From Candidatus Fraserbacteria bacterium (GTDB lineage: Bacteria; Bipolaricaulota; Bipolaricaulia; RBG-16-55-9; DRXL01): 64,000 nucleotides of DNA. A model generated the notes under the pieces. It saw only the letters and a program-made list of their open reading frames with translations. It was not told the DNA's origin and searched no databases. Shown here piece by piece: positions 20,382 to 30,688 of this stretch. The position numbers and the translations under genes were made by a program. Position 1 is the stretch's first letter, and each line of letters begins with the position of its first letter. Where the stretch lies: NCBI GenBank assembly GCA_947085185.1, contig CAMTVK010000017.1, forward strand, positions 1-64,000, in the 5' to 3' direction.

Positions 20382-21401
20382 ATGGCTACGATGCACCAGG
20401 ACGGTCTCATCCAAAAAACGAAGGAGCTCGAACAGCAGGCTCTGCAAGAGCTGAAGGCGCTTTCTAGCACAAAGCTCTGCGAAGAATTTCGCGTCAAGTT
20501 TCTTGGGCGCAAGGGCCAACTCGCACAGTTATTAGACGAGCTGAAGACCCTGCCCCCACACGAGCGCGCTGAAGCCGGCCGGCTGCTCAACACCCTCAAA
20601 GAGAGATTACTGGCTGAACTGGAGCAGCGTTTAGCCAGCTTCGCCCTCGCCGAGAAAGAAGCTCGTCTGCGTGCCGAGGCGCTGGATGTCACCCTCCCCG
20701 GACGCCGCCGCACACTGGGGAGCCTGCACTTAATTACTCAAGTCACCAAAGAGCTCGAAGATATCTTTGTTCGGCTGGGCTTTGAAGTCGTCACCGGCCC
20801 GGAGGTCGAAACAGATTACTATAACTTTGAAGCGCTCAACATGCCCAAGGATCACCCCGCCCGCGACGATTGGGACTCGTTCTATATCGAAGGCTTCGAT
20901 GATCTGCTCTTGCGCACACATACGTCCCCCGTGCAGATTCGCGTGATGCAGCATCGTCGTCCGCCGGTGAAGGTCGTCGCCCCGGGGAAGTGCTTCCGGC
21001 GCGATGCCACCGATGCGACCCACTCCCCGGTCTTCCACCAGATCGAGATGCTCTGGGTGGACAAGGGGATAACTTTAGCCCATCTCAAGGGCACAATTCT
21101 CGCATTTATTGAGGAGTTCTTCGGGAAGAACTTTGAGGCGCGCTTTGTGGGAGATTACTTCCCGTTCACCGAGCCGAGTCTGCAAGTGCACGTGCGCCGT
21201 AAGGGCAGCGCACGATGGCTCGAGATCTTAGGCGCGGGCATGGTGGACCCCGCCGTCCTACAAGAAGTAGACTACGACCCAGAAGAATACACGGGGTTTG
21301 CCTTCGGACTTGGCGTCGAGCGGATGGCTATGCTAAAATACGGGGTGGACGACATTCGCACGTTCTATCAGAACGATATTCGCTTCATTGAGACGTTCTG
21401 A
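20382..21401 (+). CDS. pheS: phenylalanine--tRNA ligase alpha subunit
   Basis: HPARD, LRTHTSPVQ, FHQIE, YFPFTEPS, GFAFGLGVER. Confidence 0.98.
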   Translation: MATMHQDGLIQKTKELEQQALQELKALSSTKLCEEFRVKFLGRKGQLAQLLDELKTLPPHERAEAGRLLNTLKERLLAELEQRLASFALAEKEARLRAEALDVTLPGRRRTLGSLHLITQVTKELEDIFVRLGFEVVTGPEVETDYYNFEALNMPKDHPARDDWDSFYIEGFDDLLLRTHTSPVQIRVMQHRRPPVKVVAPGKCFRRDATDATHSPVFHQIEMLWVDKGITLAHLKGTILAFIEEFFGKNFEARFVGDYFPFTEPSLQVHVRRKGSARWLEILGAGMVDPAVLQEVDYDPEEYTGFAFGLGVERMAMLKYGVDDIRTFYQNDIRFIETF

Positions 21402-21430
21402 AGGAGGGATTCCACACAGACTGGGTCGAG

Positions 21431-22360
21431 ATGCCTCACGAGCCAGAGGAAGAGATCCCGCCACCACGTGAGTATTGGGTGCCTCAGAACTTCGGAGGGC
21501 TGCCTCCGGAGTTCTCTCGTTTTGCGTCAGCACGCGCCGTCGTTCTCCCTGTGCCCTATGACTTGACGACGTCGTATCTGGCAGGCACAAGATTTGGTCC
21601 TCAAGCGATCATAGACGCCTCCACACACTTGGAACTGTACGATGAAGAGCTCCAAAGCGAGCCCTACCGTGTGGGAATTTATACGCTGCCCCTCTTGGAG
21701 CCGTCGGCGGCTAGCCCCCAAGAGACCCTCGACCGCGTCGAAGAAGTGATCGCTTGGCTTCTAGAGCGCAAGAAATTTCCGGTCACGCTTGGGGGCGAGC
21801 ATTCACTGACGCTGGCTCCCGTGCGGGCATTACAGAAAAAATTCGGGAGCTTTTCGGTCTTACAGCTTGATGCGCATGCTGATCTGAGGGAGAGCTTTCA
21901 GGGGACGCCGTTCAATCATGCGTGCGTCGGGCGACGCATCCATGAGCTTGGGCTCAAGCTCGTCCAGATCGGCGTGCGCGCGATCAGTGCTGAAGAAGCC
22001 GAGTTTATTCACCGTGCGAAAGATCTTCACATCTGCTTTGATTACGCATGGCATGGCAAACTTACTGAAATTGATAGAGCGCTTGCTCAGCTGCGTGACC
22101 CCGTCTACGTCACGCTCGACTTAGACGTCTTCGATCCGGCGCTCATGCCGGCTGTGGGGACTCCCGAGCCCGGCGGGCTCGATTGGTATACGGTGTTAAA
22201 AATTCTCAGACACGTTGGTGAAAAGCACACAGTGCTTGGCTTCGACGTCGTCGAGCTGCGCCCCATCGCGGGGATGGTCGGGCCGGATTTTCTCGCAGCT
22301 AAGCTCGTCTACAAAATGCTCGGCTATTTTGTATATAATCAGCAGGGAGGTCAGCGATGA
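21431..22360 (+). CDS. speB: agmatinase
   Basis: GGEHS, DAHADLR, DLDVFDP, GTPEPGG. Confidence 0.92.
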   Translation: MPHEPEEEIPPPREYWVPQNFGGLPPEFSRFASARAVVLPVPYDLTTSYLAGTRFGPQAIIDASTHLELYDEELQSEPYRVGIYTLPLLEPSAASPQETLDRVEEVIAWLLERKKFPVTLGGEHSLTLAPVRALQKKFGSFSVLQLDAHADLRESFQGTPFNHACVGRRIHELGLKLVQIGVRAISAEEAEFIHRAKDLHICFDYAWHGKLTEIDRALAQLRDPVYVTLDLDVFDPALMPAVGTPEPGGLDWYTVLKILRHVGEKHTVLGFDVVELRPIAGMVGPDFLAAKLVYKMLGYFVYNQQGGQR

Positions 22361-22911
22361 ACGGTTTCTCGTGGGTGCCGACGAAGCTCTTTTTCACTAA
22401 GGGCGTGGGGTCACACAAGGATGAGTTGCGCTCGTTCGAGGCGGCGCTGCGCGACGCGGGAATCGAAAAATATAATCTAGTGCACGTGTCGAGCATCCTG
22501 CCGCCACGGTGTAAGATCATACCGAAGTCTGAGGGGCTGAAGGAGCTCAAGCCGGGGCAGATCGTCTTTGTTGTGATCGCGCGCTGTTCCAGCAACGAGC
22601 CGCGTCGGCTCATAGCGGCTTCTATTGGGTGTGCTGTGCCCGCCGATCCCGATGCCTACGGGTATTTGAGCGAGCACCATGCCTACGGCCAGAACGAGAA
22701 ACAGGCGGGCGATTACGCCGAAGACTTGGCCGCTTCGATGCTCGCTTCGACCCTGGGGATCGAGGTGGACGACAATCTCAGTTGGGACGAGAAGGAGCAA
22801 GTCTGGAAGCTTTCTGGGAAGATCGTGCGCACGCGCAACGAGACCCAGACGGCCATCGTCAATGGCGACGGCTATACGACCGTGGTCGCTGCAGCGGTGT
22901 TGCTCTTCTGA
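22357..22911 (+). CDS. pdaD: pyruvoyl-dependent arginine decarboxylase
   Basis: [11 protein letters not shown]...[11 protein letters not shown] (Ser-Ser cleavage site), [22 protein letters not shown]. Confidence 0.92.
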   Translation: MNGFSWVPTKLFFTKGVGSHKDELRSFEAALRDAGIEKYNLVHVSSILPPRCKIIPKSEGLKELKPGQIVFVVIARCSSNEPRRLIAASIGCAVPADPDAYGYLSEHHAYGQNEKQAGDYAEDLAASMLASTLGIEVDDNLSWDEKEQVWKLSGKIVRTRNETQTAIVNGDGYTTVVAAAVLLF

Positions 22912-22915
22912 ATGG

Positions 22916-22944
22916 TTGACAGGGCCTGAGCTATCGATTAATAT
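22916..22944 (+). promoter_or_regulatory. tRNA cluster promoter
   Basis: TTGACA-17 bp-TAATAT; a second promoter, TTGACG-17-TACAAT, starts at 23109. Confidence 0.7.
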
Positions 22945-22953
22945 AAAAGGGCT

Positions 22954-23026
22954 GGGTCGTTAGCTCAACTGGTAGAGCATCCGGCTCTTAACCGGAGGGT
23001 TGTAGGTTCGAGTCCTACACGACCCA
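22954..23026 (+). tRNA. tRNA-Lys(CTT)
   Basis: acceptor GGGTCGT/ACGACCC, anticodon loop CTCTTAA, GTTCGAGTC T-loop; CCA not encoded. Confidence 0.95.
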
Positions 23027-23034
23027 CATATTTT

Positions 23035-23107
23035 GTCCCCATCGACTAGCGGCCCAGGTCACGGCCCTTTCAAGGCCGAAACGGGGGTTCGAATCCCCCT
23101 GGGGACG
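23035..23107 (+). tRNA. tRNA-Glu(TTC)
   Basis: acceptor GTCCCCA/TGGGGAC, loop CTTTCAA, GTTCGAATC; CCA not encoded. Confidence 0.95.
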
Positions 23108-23152
23108 CTTGACGACCCTCTCACTACTCGTTACAATCTTTTACAAAGAGAT

Positions 23153-23226
23153 GCGGAAGTAGCTCAATGGCAGAGCACTGGCCTTCCAAGCCAGAGACGC
23201 GGGTTCGATTCCCGTCTTCCGCTCCA
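23153..23226 (+). tRNA. tRNA-Gly(TCC)
   Basis: acceptor GCGGAAG/CTTCCGC, loop CTTCCAA, ends TCCA. Confidence 0.95.
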
Positions 23227-23303
23227 CCAGACTCCGTCTGGACTGTGCATCGTGCCGCCTGCGGCGGCACGGCATACGGTCCAGGCGAAGCCTGGCAAAG
23301 CTT

Positions 23304-23379
23304 GCGCCCGTAGCTCAATGGGAAGAGCAGGGCCCTTCTAAGGCTCAGGTTGCAGGTTCGAGTCCTGCCGGGCGCGCCA
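23304..23379 (+). tRNA. tRNA-Arg(TCT)
   Basis: acceptor GCGCCCG/CGGGCGC, loop CTTCTAA, ends GCCA. Confidence 0.95.
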
Positions 23380-23402
23380 CACGAACACTTTGAACTGATT
23401 CT

Positions 23403-23480
23403 GAGGGACGTAGCTCAGCCTGGCAGAGCACCAGCCTGTGGAGCTGGCCGTCGCGGGTTCAAATCCCGTCGTCCCTCCCA
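23403..23480 (+). tRNA. tRNA-His(GTG)
   Basis: G-1, acceptor AGGGACG/CGTCCCT, loop CTGTGGA, ends CCCA. Confidence 0.95.
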
Positions 23481-23564
23481 GAAATTGGAGTGCCTTAAGA
23501 CTCACACTGCCCCGCCGGGAACGCGCTGCGCCCCATCCCCGCGGAGTATCGCGTCACGAACGCC

Positions 23565-24092
23565 CTAGGGAACCACGATCACGAGAAGCTCGTGCGGGCC
23601 GTGCACGCCGATCACCGGGGTCAGCTCGATGTCGGCTGTGCGGCTTGGCCCAGTAATAAAGAGAAAATTTTGGGGAGCTCGCTCAAGCTCCCTCTGACAG
23701 TAGGCGAACGCCTCGTCGAGCGTCTCGACGATCTGTTCTGTTTTTATGAACGCGATATGCACCGGCGGCAGGGCCGTGACCAGCTCATAATTTTCTTCGC
23801 GGCCGATGAGCAGCGAGCCCGTCTCGGCTACAGCCAGATCAGCCCCAGAAATCCCAATATCTGCGCGGGCGATCTCGCGCCCATTGACCAGCTCATAGCC
23901 CTCGTGGCGCAGCCGGCTTGCCAGATCGAGCTTCTGTCCCAGCGCGAACTGCGAGAGCGCGACTGTGTGGGCTTTGTGAGCGCGCAGAATCTCAAGCACG
24001 AGCTCAAGGGCGTGCTCGTCAGAGCCAGCGCGCTGGGCCTTGCCCGCGACGCGCTCAAGTTCGTCTATAAAACGCTCGACAAGGGCACTCAT
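23565..24092 (-). CDS. LUD domain protein (LutC/YkgG-like)
   Basis: AVAETGSL, LPPVHI, ITGPSRTADIE, GVHGP. Confidence 0.88.
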   Translation of the reverse strand: MSALVERFIDELERVAGKAQRAGSDEHALELVLEILRAHKAHTVALSQFALGQKLDLASRLRHEGYELVNGREIARADIGISGADLAVAETGSLLIGREENYELVTALPPVHIAFIKTEQIVETLDEAFAYCQRELERAPQNFLFITGPSRTADIELTPVIGVHGPHELLVIVVP

Positions 24093-25462
24093 TCTGCAAA
24101 GATCTTCCCCGGATTGAGAATCCCATTGGGGTCTAAGAGTCTTTTGATCTGTCTCATCAGTTCGTAGCTGACGCCGTGCTCGGCCCGCATAAATTTGATC
24201 TTGCCCACGCCCACGCCGTGCTCGCCCGTGGCTGTACCCCCAAGCTCGATCGCGCGAAAGACGATCGCGTCGTTGGCCGCTTGGGCGCGGGCTTTTTCGT
24301 CGGGGTCTTCGGGGTTATAAAAGATCCCGACGTGGAAATTCCCGTCGCCGGCGTGGCCGAAGATCGGCCCGGTGACCGTGTGCTCGTTGAGCTTGTGCCG
24401 CGCAAACTCGACCATCGTTGGGAATTGTGAGATGGGCACGGCGACGTCCACAACGATCGCGCGTTTGCCGGGATTCAGAGCAGCTGCAGCGTACGCTAAG
24501 TGATGGCGCGCCTCCCAGAGCTTGTCGCGCTCCTCTTTGCCCAAGGCGCTCGAAAAGCTGAGACAGCCGTTCTGCTCGCAGATCTCTTGGGCAAAGCGCA
24601 GATCATCGCGCACCAGTTCTAACGCGTGCCCGCGGAATTCTAAAAAGAGCGTGGGTTGCTCAGCTAAACCCAGATTTTTCAGATAGTTAATAGCCCGCAT
24701 ACAATCGGGATCGAGCAATTCTAAAGCTGCTGGCTCAAGGCCCGACTGCACGATCTGAACGACAGAGCGTGCAGCTTGCTCAAGCGTAGGAAACGCCGCG
24801 ATCGCGGCGGAGACTTCTTTAGGGATGCCCACCAGACGAAGAGTAATTTCTGTAAAGACTCCCAGCGTCCCTTCAGAGCTGACAAAGAGCCCAACTAAGT
24901 TATATCCTGACGACGTGCGCATGGCGCGGTTGCCCACTTTGAGGATCTCACCGTTGGCTAAGACGACCTCGAGCGCCAGCACATAATCTTTCGTCGCGCC
25001 GTATTTGATCGCTTGGATGCCGGCGGCGTTGTTGGCGACCATGCCGCCGATGGTGGCGGGGGCGCCGGGGTCGGGTGGGAAGAAGAGCCCATATTTGGAG
25101 AGCTTCTGATTGAGTTCAGTGTGGGTGACGCCGGGCTGGACGACGGCTTGAAGATCTTCTGGGTAGATCGCGAGAATCTGATTCATTTTAGAGAGATCGA
25201 GGACGATGCCGCCGTGGACTGGGACGGGGTTGGCTTCTAGACTTGTGCCCGCGCCCCACGCTGTAACGGGGATTGTGCGCTCGTTGGCGAACTTCAGAAT
25301 CTTTGAGATCTCTTGGGCGCTTTGGGGGTAGATGACCGCATGGGGCTTGTGTTCGGGGTGATGGGACTCATCGCGCGCGTGCAAGCTCAGCTCGGACTCG
25401 CCGGTGAGGACGCGCTCGGAGCCAAGGAGGGCTTGGAGCTCTTGAAGATCAAAGTCTGTCAT
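24089..25462 (-). CDS. FAD-linked oxidase (D-lactate dehydrogenase/GlcD-like)
   Basis: GAGTSL, PPDPG, SSEGTLG, GHAGDGNFH, GEHGVG, LNPGK. Confidence 0.92.
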   Translation of the reverse strand: MTDFDLQELQALLGSERVLTGESELSLHARDESHHPEHKPHAVIYPQSAQEISKILKFANERTIPVTAWGAGTSLEANPVPVHGGIVLDLSKMNQILAIYPEDLQAVVQPGVTHTELNQKLSKYGLFFPPDPGAPATIGGMVANNAAGIQAIKYGATKDYVLALEVVLANGEILKVGNRAMRTSSGYNLVGLFVSSEGTLGVFTEITLRLVGIPKEVSAAIAAFPTLEQAARSVVQIVQSGLEPAALELLDPDCMRAINYLKNLGLAEQPTLFLEFRGHALELVRDDLRFAQEICEQNGCLSFSSALGKEERDKLWEARHHLAYAAAALNPGKRAIVVDVAVPISQFPTMVEFARHKLNEHTVTGPIFGHAGDGNFHVGIFYNPEDPDEKARAQAANDAIVFRAIELGGTATGEHGVGVGKIKFMRAEHGVSYELMRQIKRLLDPNGILNPGKIFAE

Positions 25463-25542
25463 AATTTTATACTAGCTTGCCCAAGGCAGTACGTCAAATC
25501 CCCTTGCAGCGCCCGCGCCCGTGCTCTATAATTCTACACAGC

Positions 25543-25617
25543 GCCGGCGTAGCTCAGCGGTAGAGCAACGGTTTCGTAAACCGTGGGTCGGAGGTTCGAG
25601 TCCTCTCGCCGGCTCCA
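25543..25617 (+). tRNA. tRNA-Thr(CGT)
   Basis: acceptor GCCGGCG/CGCCGGC, loop TTCGTAA, ends TCCA; upstream TTGCAG-17-TATAAT. Confidence 0.95.
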
Positions 25618-25624
25618 CAACGCT

Positions 25625-27229
25625 ATGCGACGGCTTCTCGTATGTGCAGCGCTCTTTTTTATCGTCCTTGCTCCCTACACCCTCCTAGGGAGCTTTCAAT
25701 CTCCTTGCTGGCTGCTTGGCTCCCCTTGGCAAGAATGGCTCTCTGGCTCCGGGGAGTCAGCACTCTTGAGCCTCTGCGCTCCTCAATACCCCTTCAGCGC
25801 CCAACGCGCGCTCGCTCGGATCGCTCCAGCAACACGCTCTTCTCCAATTCCGAATATCCAAGTCAATGACCCCTCGGCTGATATCCCCGAGCAGACCACC
25901 CAAAGCGAGACGACCATCGCTCTCTACAAAGAGATCGTGCTCGTCGCGTTCGTAGATACGGGGCAATATCTGCCCGCTACGGCAGGCGTCTCGAGTCTGT
26001 CGGGCTACGCTCGTTCCGACGACGGCGGACAGACGTTCACTGATCTTGGGCGTGTTCCCCCAAGCTCCCGCTCGCTGGGCTACTCTGACCCATCACTGGG
26101 GGTGGATCGCTTCGGAAACTTTTACTTCGCCAATATTCAGTTCGTCCCATCCCAGCGCAGTATGCTCTCGTTCTTGGGCGTCGCCAAATCTACAGATGAC
26201 GGAAAAACTTTTGCTGAGCCCATATTGATCGGCGGGACCGGCCCCGCTCAGGTGCACTTCCAAGACAAAGAGCTCATCGCGGTAGATGACACCGGCGGGC
26301 GCTTCGACGGAAATGTCTATATGGCCTGGACAGAGTTCACTCCCGACGGCCCTCAGATACTCTTTGTGCGTTCGATCGATGGCGGCAAGACTTTTTCGCA
26401 GCCTATCGCGCTCTCCGATGAGATATCCGTCCAAGGGGCGACCCCGGCCGTCGGCCCTAACGGCGAAGTCTACGTTGTCTGGCTCTCTCTTGAGTCAGGA
26501 CGCTCTCTGAAGCTCCGGCGCTCCGATGACGGCGGAGTAACATTTGGGCCGCCAGTGACAGCAGCTTCGCTCACGCGGACTGCTGACCCTCAAGCGAGCA
26601 GTACGTGCCGTCGTCAAGCGCTGCGCGGCGGCATCCGAACGTTAGAGCTCCCTTCAGTCGCTGTTGATCGCAGCCCGACCAGCTTCTTCCGCGGCGCGCT
26701 CTACATTGCCTATCAATCCGATCCCGACGGCCCCGGACCCGACATGAGCGATGTCTTTCTCGTCAGCTCGCTCGACGGCGGGAAGACGTTTTCAGCTCCA
26801 GTCCGGGTCAACGACGACCAGACCAAGACTGATCAGTTCATGCCGGCGGTGGCTGTCGCTGCGGACGGCACCGTCGGGGTCTTCTTCTATGATCGTCGGC
26901 TCGATCCGCGCGATAATCTGAAGATAGACGTCTATTTTGCACGCTCTCACAATGGCGGAAGGAGCTTTGAGCCCAACCAACGCATCACGGATCTCTCTTT
27001 CGATGTGCCCCCGACGTTTGGGCAGCCAACAAGTTCCAATAACTTCGATGCGCTGCGGGGGATCTGCTACATGGGCGACTACAACCAAATGGCCGCCGAC
27101 GAAAGATTCTTCTATCTCGCTTGGGGAGATAATCGAAATATTCTCAAGACGGCAAACTATCCCAATGGTCGCCCCGATCCCGATGTGTTCTTCGCCAAAG
27201 TTCCGGTGCAGCCGGGATTGGAGCCATAA
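25625..27229 (+). CDS. secreted BNR/Asp-box (sialidase-like beta-propeller) protein
   Basis: signal peptide; six SxDxGxTF-type Asp boxes; GDY motif near the C-terminus. Confidence 0.8.
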   Translation: MRRLLVCAALFFIVLAPYTLLGSFQSPCWLLGSPWQEWLSGSGESALLSLCAPQYPFSAQRALARIAPATRSSPIPNIQVNDPSADIPEQTTQSETTIALYKEIVLVAFVDTGQYLPATAGVSSLSGYARSDDGGQTFTDLGRVPPSSRSLGYSDPSLGVDRFGNFYFANIQFVPSQRSMLSFLGVAKSTDDGKTFAEPILIGGTGPAQVHFQDKELIAVDDTGGRFDGNVYMAWTEFTPDGPQILFVRSIDGGKTFSQPIALSDEISVQGATPAVGPNGEVYVVWLSLESGRSLKLRRSDDGGVTFGPPVTAASLTRTADPQASSTCRRQALRGGIRTLELPSVAVDRSPTSFFRGALYIAYQSDPDGPGPDMSDVFLVSSLDGGKTFSAPVRVNDDQTKTDQFMPAVAVAADGTVGVFFYDRRLDPRDNLKIDVYFARSHNGGRSFEPNQRITDLSFDVPPTFGQPTSSNNFDALRGICYMGDYNQMAADERFFYLAWGDNRNILKTANYPNGRPDPDVFFAKVPVQPGLEP

Positions 27230-28167
27230 TGACCACCAAGCAATTGCTGAAAAAATTCTTTGCCAGAGATACGATCGCTTTGGCGAAGCTTATTTCGCTC
27301 ATAGAGAACCACGTGCCAGGGTATCAAGAGGTTCTTGACGCTCTCTATCCGAAGACGGGAAGGGCTTATAGAATCGGGATCACCGGGCCGCCGGGAGCAG
27401 GCAAGAGCTCTTTAGTTGACAAGCTGACCCCACTCTATCGCGCCGAAGCGAAAAGAGTCGCGATCATCGCGTGCGATCCCACAAGCCCCTTCAGTGGAGG
27501 AGCGCTCTTGGGCGACCGAATACGCATGCAAGATCTCATCAGTGACGATGGCGTCTATATTCGCAGCATGGCCACCCGGGGGAGCCTAGGGGGCCTGGCC
27601 AAAGCTGCTCAAGAAGTCGCGCTGGCCCTCGACGCCTTCGGGTTTGATATTATTCTTTTGGAGACGATCGGGGTCGGCCAAGTCGAAGTCGATATTGTAC
27701 AAGCCGCCGACACGGTCGTTTTAGTTTTAGTCCCTCAATCGGGCGACGTTGTGCAAGCCATGAAAGCGGGGCTGATGGAGATCGCCGACGTCTTCTGCAT
27801 GAACAAAGCTGATCAGGGCGAGGCTGATCTCGCCGTCAAGAATCTACAAACGATGCTCAGTTTAGCGATGCGCGATTGGATACCCCCGATTGTGAAGACG
27901 GTTGCCACGGCCAATCAGGGCATCGAGCAACTCAAAGACGCGATTGAGAAGCATCAGGCGTTTCTTGGGGAAGAGGGCTTACAGATGCGGCGGCGCGGAC
28001 GCTTGCAGGCATTTCTCAGGCAGCTCATAGAGGACGAGCTGCGCGCTTCTTTGTGGGACGGTGAGGGGCTGAAGAACTTCGAGCAGCATCTTGAGCGAGT
28101 TTGGGCGAAAGAGCTCAGCCCGCATCAAGCAGCACGAGAGCTCCTTAAGGCCACTGCCCGACGATGA
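27229..28167 (+). CDS. meaB: methylmalonyl-CoA mutase-associated GTPase
   Basis: GPPGAGKSS, DPTSPFSGGALLGDRIRM, ETIGVGQ, NKAD. Confidence 0.93.
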   Translation: MTTKQLLKKFFARDTIALAKLISLIENHVPGYQEVLDALYPKTGRAYRIGITGPPGAGKSSLVDKLTPLYRAEAKRVAIIACDPTSPFSGGALLGDRIRMQDLISDDGVYIRSMATRGSLGGLAKAAQEVALALDAFGFDIILLETIGVGQVEVDIVQAADTVVLVLVPQSGDVVQAMKAGLMEIADVFCMNKADQGEADLAVKNLQTMLSLAMRDWIPPIVKTVATANQGIEQLKDAIEKHQAFLGEEGLQMRRRGRLQAFLRQLIEDELRASLWDGEGLKNFEQHLERVWAKELSPHQAARELLKATARR

Positions 28168-28582
28168 AAGACGCAATAGCTCTCTGAAACTCTTCGAGAT
28201 CACCCAAATCGCTTTGGATAATGCTATACACTTTGGCGTCGTCAACTTGCCAATAGAGGTGCACAACCAAGTTTCGGAAGCGTGCCATCTTCTTGAGGCG
28301 AGCAGCCAAGTCCGCTGAGATCACGCCGAGCTCCTGAAGGGCGGCAAAGCAGTCGGCGTAATCGGTGGGGGCTCGTCCTCCCCAAGCTGCGACGATGTGG
28401 TTGCAGATATCAATTGCTGCTTCGATGGCTTTGACGAGCAGATATTTTGCGCTTTCTGTGTTGCGGAAATCCCCAAGAAAACTGGCTTGGGGGAGGGCTC
28501 CCAGCTCGCGGAGCTTTCTCACCGAGTCGCCAATAATCCCCAGAAACTGGCGCAGTCGGGCTTCATCCAATGTTCTGGCCAT
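28145..28582 (-). CDS. HEPN (DUF86/HepT-like) ribonuclease toxin
   Basis: RNLVVHLY = Rx4H followed by Tyr; paired with MNT. Confidence 0.88.
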   Translation of the reverse strand: MARTLDEARLRQFLGIIGDSVRKLRELGALPQASFLGDFRNTESAKYLLVKAIEAAIDICNHIVAAWGGRAPTDYADCFAALQELGVISADLAARLKKMARFRNLVVHLYWQVDDAKVYSIIQSDLGDLEEFQRAIASFIVGQWP

Positions 28583-29003
28583 GGGCAAGCTCCTTGATAT
28601 ACAATTGCGCTACATGCTTAAAATCGAGATATTCTCCCCAGGTGCGCTCGCAGAATTCCACCCACAGGCGCGTATCGCGGCAGAAGAGCACGCGCCCCTG
28701 AGTCACGGCATAGCGAAAGAGCACGGGAGCCCGATTGACCACGCGAATATCTATGGGAAACTGGGTGATGCACGAGAGTTCTTCGAGCCGTTCTAGTTCG
28801 TAACCAAGAAATTTCTCATGGGGAAGGCGACGCTCGTCAACGATGAGCGCCAGATCGATATCGCGAAACGTCTTGTCCTTTAAGAACGAGCCGTAGAGCA
28901 CTATGACGAGAATCTCTGGGTGCTGGGCAAGCCGAGCCGCCAGGGGCTGCACCGTGTGCTCTCTTTCCGAAGGCTCTAGAGAAAACCGGCGTCGCTCGTC
29001 CAT
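28563..29003 (-). CDS. minimal nucleotidyltransferase antitoxin (MntA-like)
   Basis: YGS...DIDLA motif; overlaps the HEPN gene. Confidence 0.88.
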   Translation of the reverse strand: MDERRRFSLEPSEREHTVQPLAARLAQHPEILVIVLYGSFLKDKTFRDIDLALIVDERRLPHEKFLGYELERLEELSCITQFPIDIRVVNRAPVLFRYAVTQGRVLFCRDTRLWVEFCERTWGEYLDFKHVAQLYIKELAHGQNIG

Positions 29004-29067
29004 ACAAGAGCATTATACTCACATTGGCATATCAGCGCGAGGCCTCCAAGAAGAGCAAGCTTGAATT

Positions 29068-29793
29068 TTATTGCACCGTGATCTGAGACTTCAGCTCCAG
29101 GGGCGGCTGGGCGCCCTCGTCGGTCGCTGGGGTTGCCCGACCGGAGATCGTGAACGTGCCCGACGCTGTCCCAGCTTTGATCTCATAACTGAACTCTAAC
29201 TTTTGATCAGCGTTCAGCCCCAGCTGTGCCGCACGCACATTCCCCGACACAAGCTGAAGCCCACTGGGGAGCGTCTCGCTGACCGCAAGAGCTCGCAGAG
29301 CTCTCTTCGCCGTGACCGTCACAGTGACTGTGAACGTCCCGCCAGGGCTGAGCACATTGGGAACAGTCCGAGTGTAGATCACAAGATCGTTCTCGATCTT
29401 ATCTGTGCGCCCCGAAGGCGGCGGAGGGGAGAAGAGCGGCTCGATCACAAAGACCGTCCCCTTCGTCGAACTGCTTGCTCCCTTGTCGTCGGTGATCGTC
29501 AGCGTCACGACAAAAGAGCCCTTCTTGGTGTATTCGTGCTCGGCGAAGAGCCCATTGCCTTGGGTGCCGTCGCCGAAGTTCCAGATATAGCTGACGATCT
29601 GCCCATCAGAATCTGTTGAAGTCGCCGCGCTGAAGTAGACTGTCAGAGGAGCTTCGCCAAACGTTGGGGCAAACTCCATCGACGCAACAGGGGGCTTGTT
29701 CTCTGGCTTCTGGGGAGCAGTGGCGCTCGTGCACCCGCTTCCCCCAACGGCTACGCTCGCTATGACGCTCAGCAATATCAGTCTCTTGCTCAT
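29068..29793 (-). CDS. PKD-domain lipoprotein
   Basis: lipobox-like GGSGC, WNFGDG PKD signature, second Ig-like domain. Confidence 0.8.
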   Translation of the reverse strand: MSKRLILLSVIASVAVGGSGCTSATAPQKPENKPPVASMEFAPTFGEAPLTVYFSAATSTDSDGQIVSYIWNFGDGTQGNGLFAEHEYTKKGSFVVTLTITDDKGASSSTKGTVFVIEPLFSPPPPSGRTDKIENDLVIYTRTVPNVLSPGGTFTVTVTVTAKRALRALAVSETLPSGLQLVSGNVRAAQLGLNADQKLEFSYEIKAGTASGTFTISGRATPATDEGAQPPLELKSQITVQ

Positions 29794-29832
29794 AGGCTGT
29801 ATTGTAGCGCATGGAAGATAGCCATGCCAAAC

Positions 29833-30684
29833 TTAGCTCGATGGCTTCGTGTGCAGTCGGAATTCCCCGATGATCATCGCCAGCACGACGAGCGCGCCGC
29901 CGAGCCACCCTTGAGGGCTGAGCGTCTCGCCGAGCAAAAAGTACGCAAAGAGCGCGGCAAAGACCGGCTCCAGCGCAAATATGAGAGCTGCCGCATACGC
30001 GGGTACGACTCGTTGCGCCAGCGCCTGCACCCATAAGACGAGCGCTGTCGCAAAGATCGCCAAGTACAGCAACGCCGCGAGCGCTGATAGACTCAAATCT
30101 TTCAGCACGTGAAGATCGGGCACCGCCCAGCCCCAACTGAGCACCGCGACGACGACGATCTGCAACGACGTGAGCACAATGGGCTTATGATGCGCAGCGA
30201 TCTCTCCAAGATAGACAATATACAGCGCGTACACGAGCGCCGTCCCCAAGACCCACAGATCTCCAACGACCAGCCCTTCGTGGGGGGTGAGCGTCATCAG
30301 CCCTAGTCCTGCTAATGCTAAGAGCGCGGCCAGCCATACTCGCAAGGGGACTCTCTGATGCAGCCAGATCGCCCCGACGATCGGAGTGAAGATCACGCTC
30401 AAGCCCGTGATGAACGCGGCTTTAGACGCTGTTGTCGTCAGCATCCCTACGCTCTGTGTGGCGTAGCCGGCAAAGCTCAGCACTCCCAAGATCAGTCCGG
30501 GCAGGAGCGTCTTGCGCTCCGGCCTCACCCACAGCAGCACCGACGCTGCGAGGCTGAAGCGCACGGCTAATAAAATGGGCACGGGCACGGTCTCGATGGT
30601 CTCTTTGATGATGGCAAAAGTGCTGCCCCAAATAAGCGTCACCAGGACAAGGAGCAGCACCCCAACGCCGGGCGAGAGCGCCAT
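29833..30684 (-). CDS. DMT/EamA family transporter
   Basis: IWGSTF, about 10 TM helices, ALIFALEPVFA. Confidence 0.9.
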   Translation of the reverse strand: MALSPGVGVLLLVLVTLIWGSTFAIIKETIETVPVPILLAVRFSLAASVLLWVRPERKTLLPGLILGVLSFAGYATQSVGMLTTTASKAAFITGLSVIFTPIVGAIWLHQRVPLRVWLAALLALAGLGLMTLTPHEGLVVGDLWVLGTALVYALYIVYLGEIAAHHKPIVLTSLQIVVVAVLSWGWAVPDLHVLKDLSLSALAALLYLAIFATALVLWVQALAQRVVPAYAAALIFALEPVFAALFAYFLLGETLSPQGWLGGALVVLAMIIGEFRLHTKPSS

Positions 30685-30688
30685 GAAG

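Noticed and set aside
22954..23107. tRNA-Lys and tRNA-Glu as pseudogenes because CCA is not encoded
   Set aside because: The cloverleaves are intact and CCA is commonly added enzymatically.
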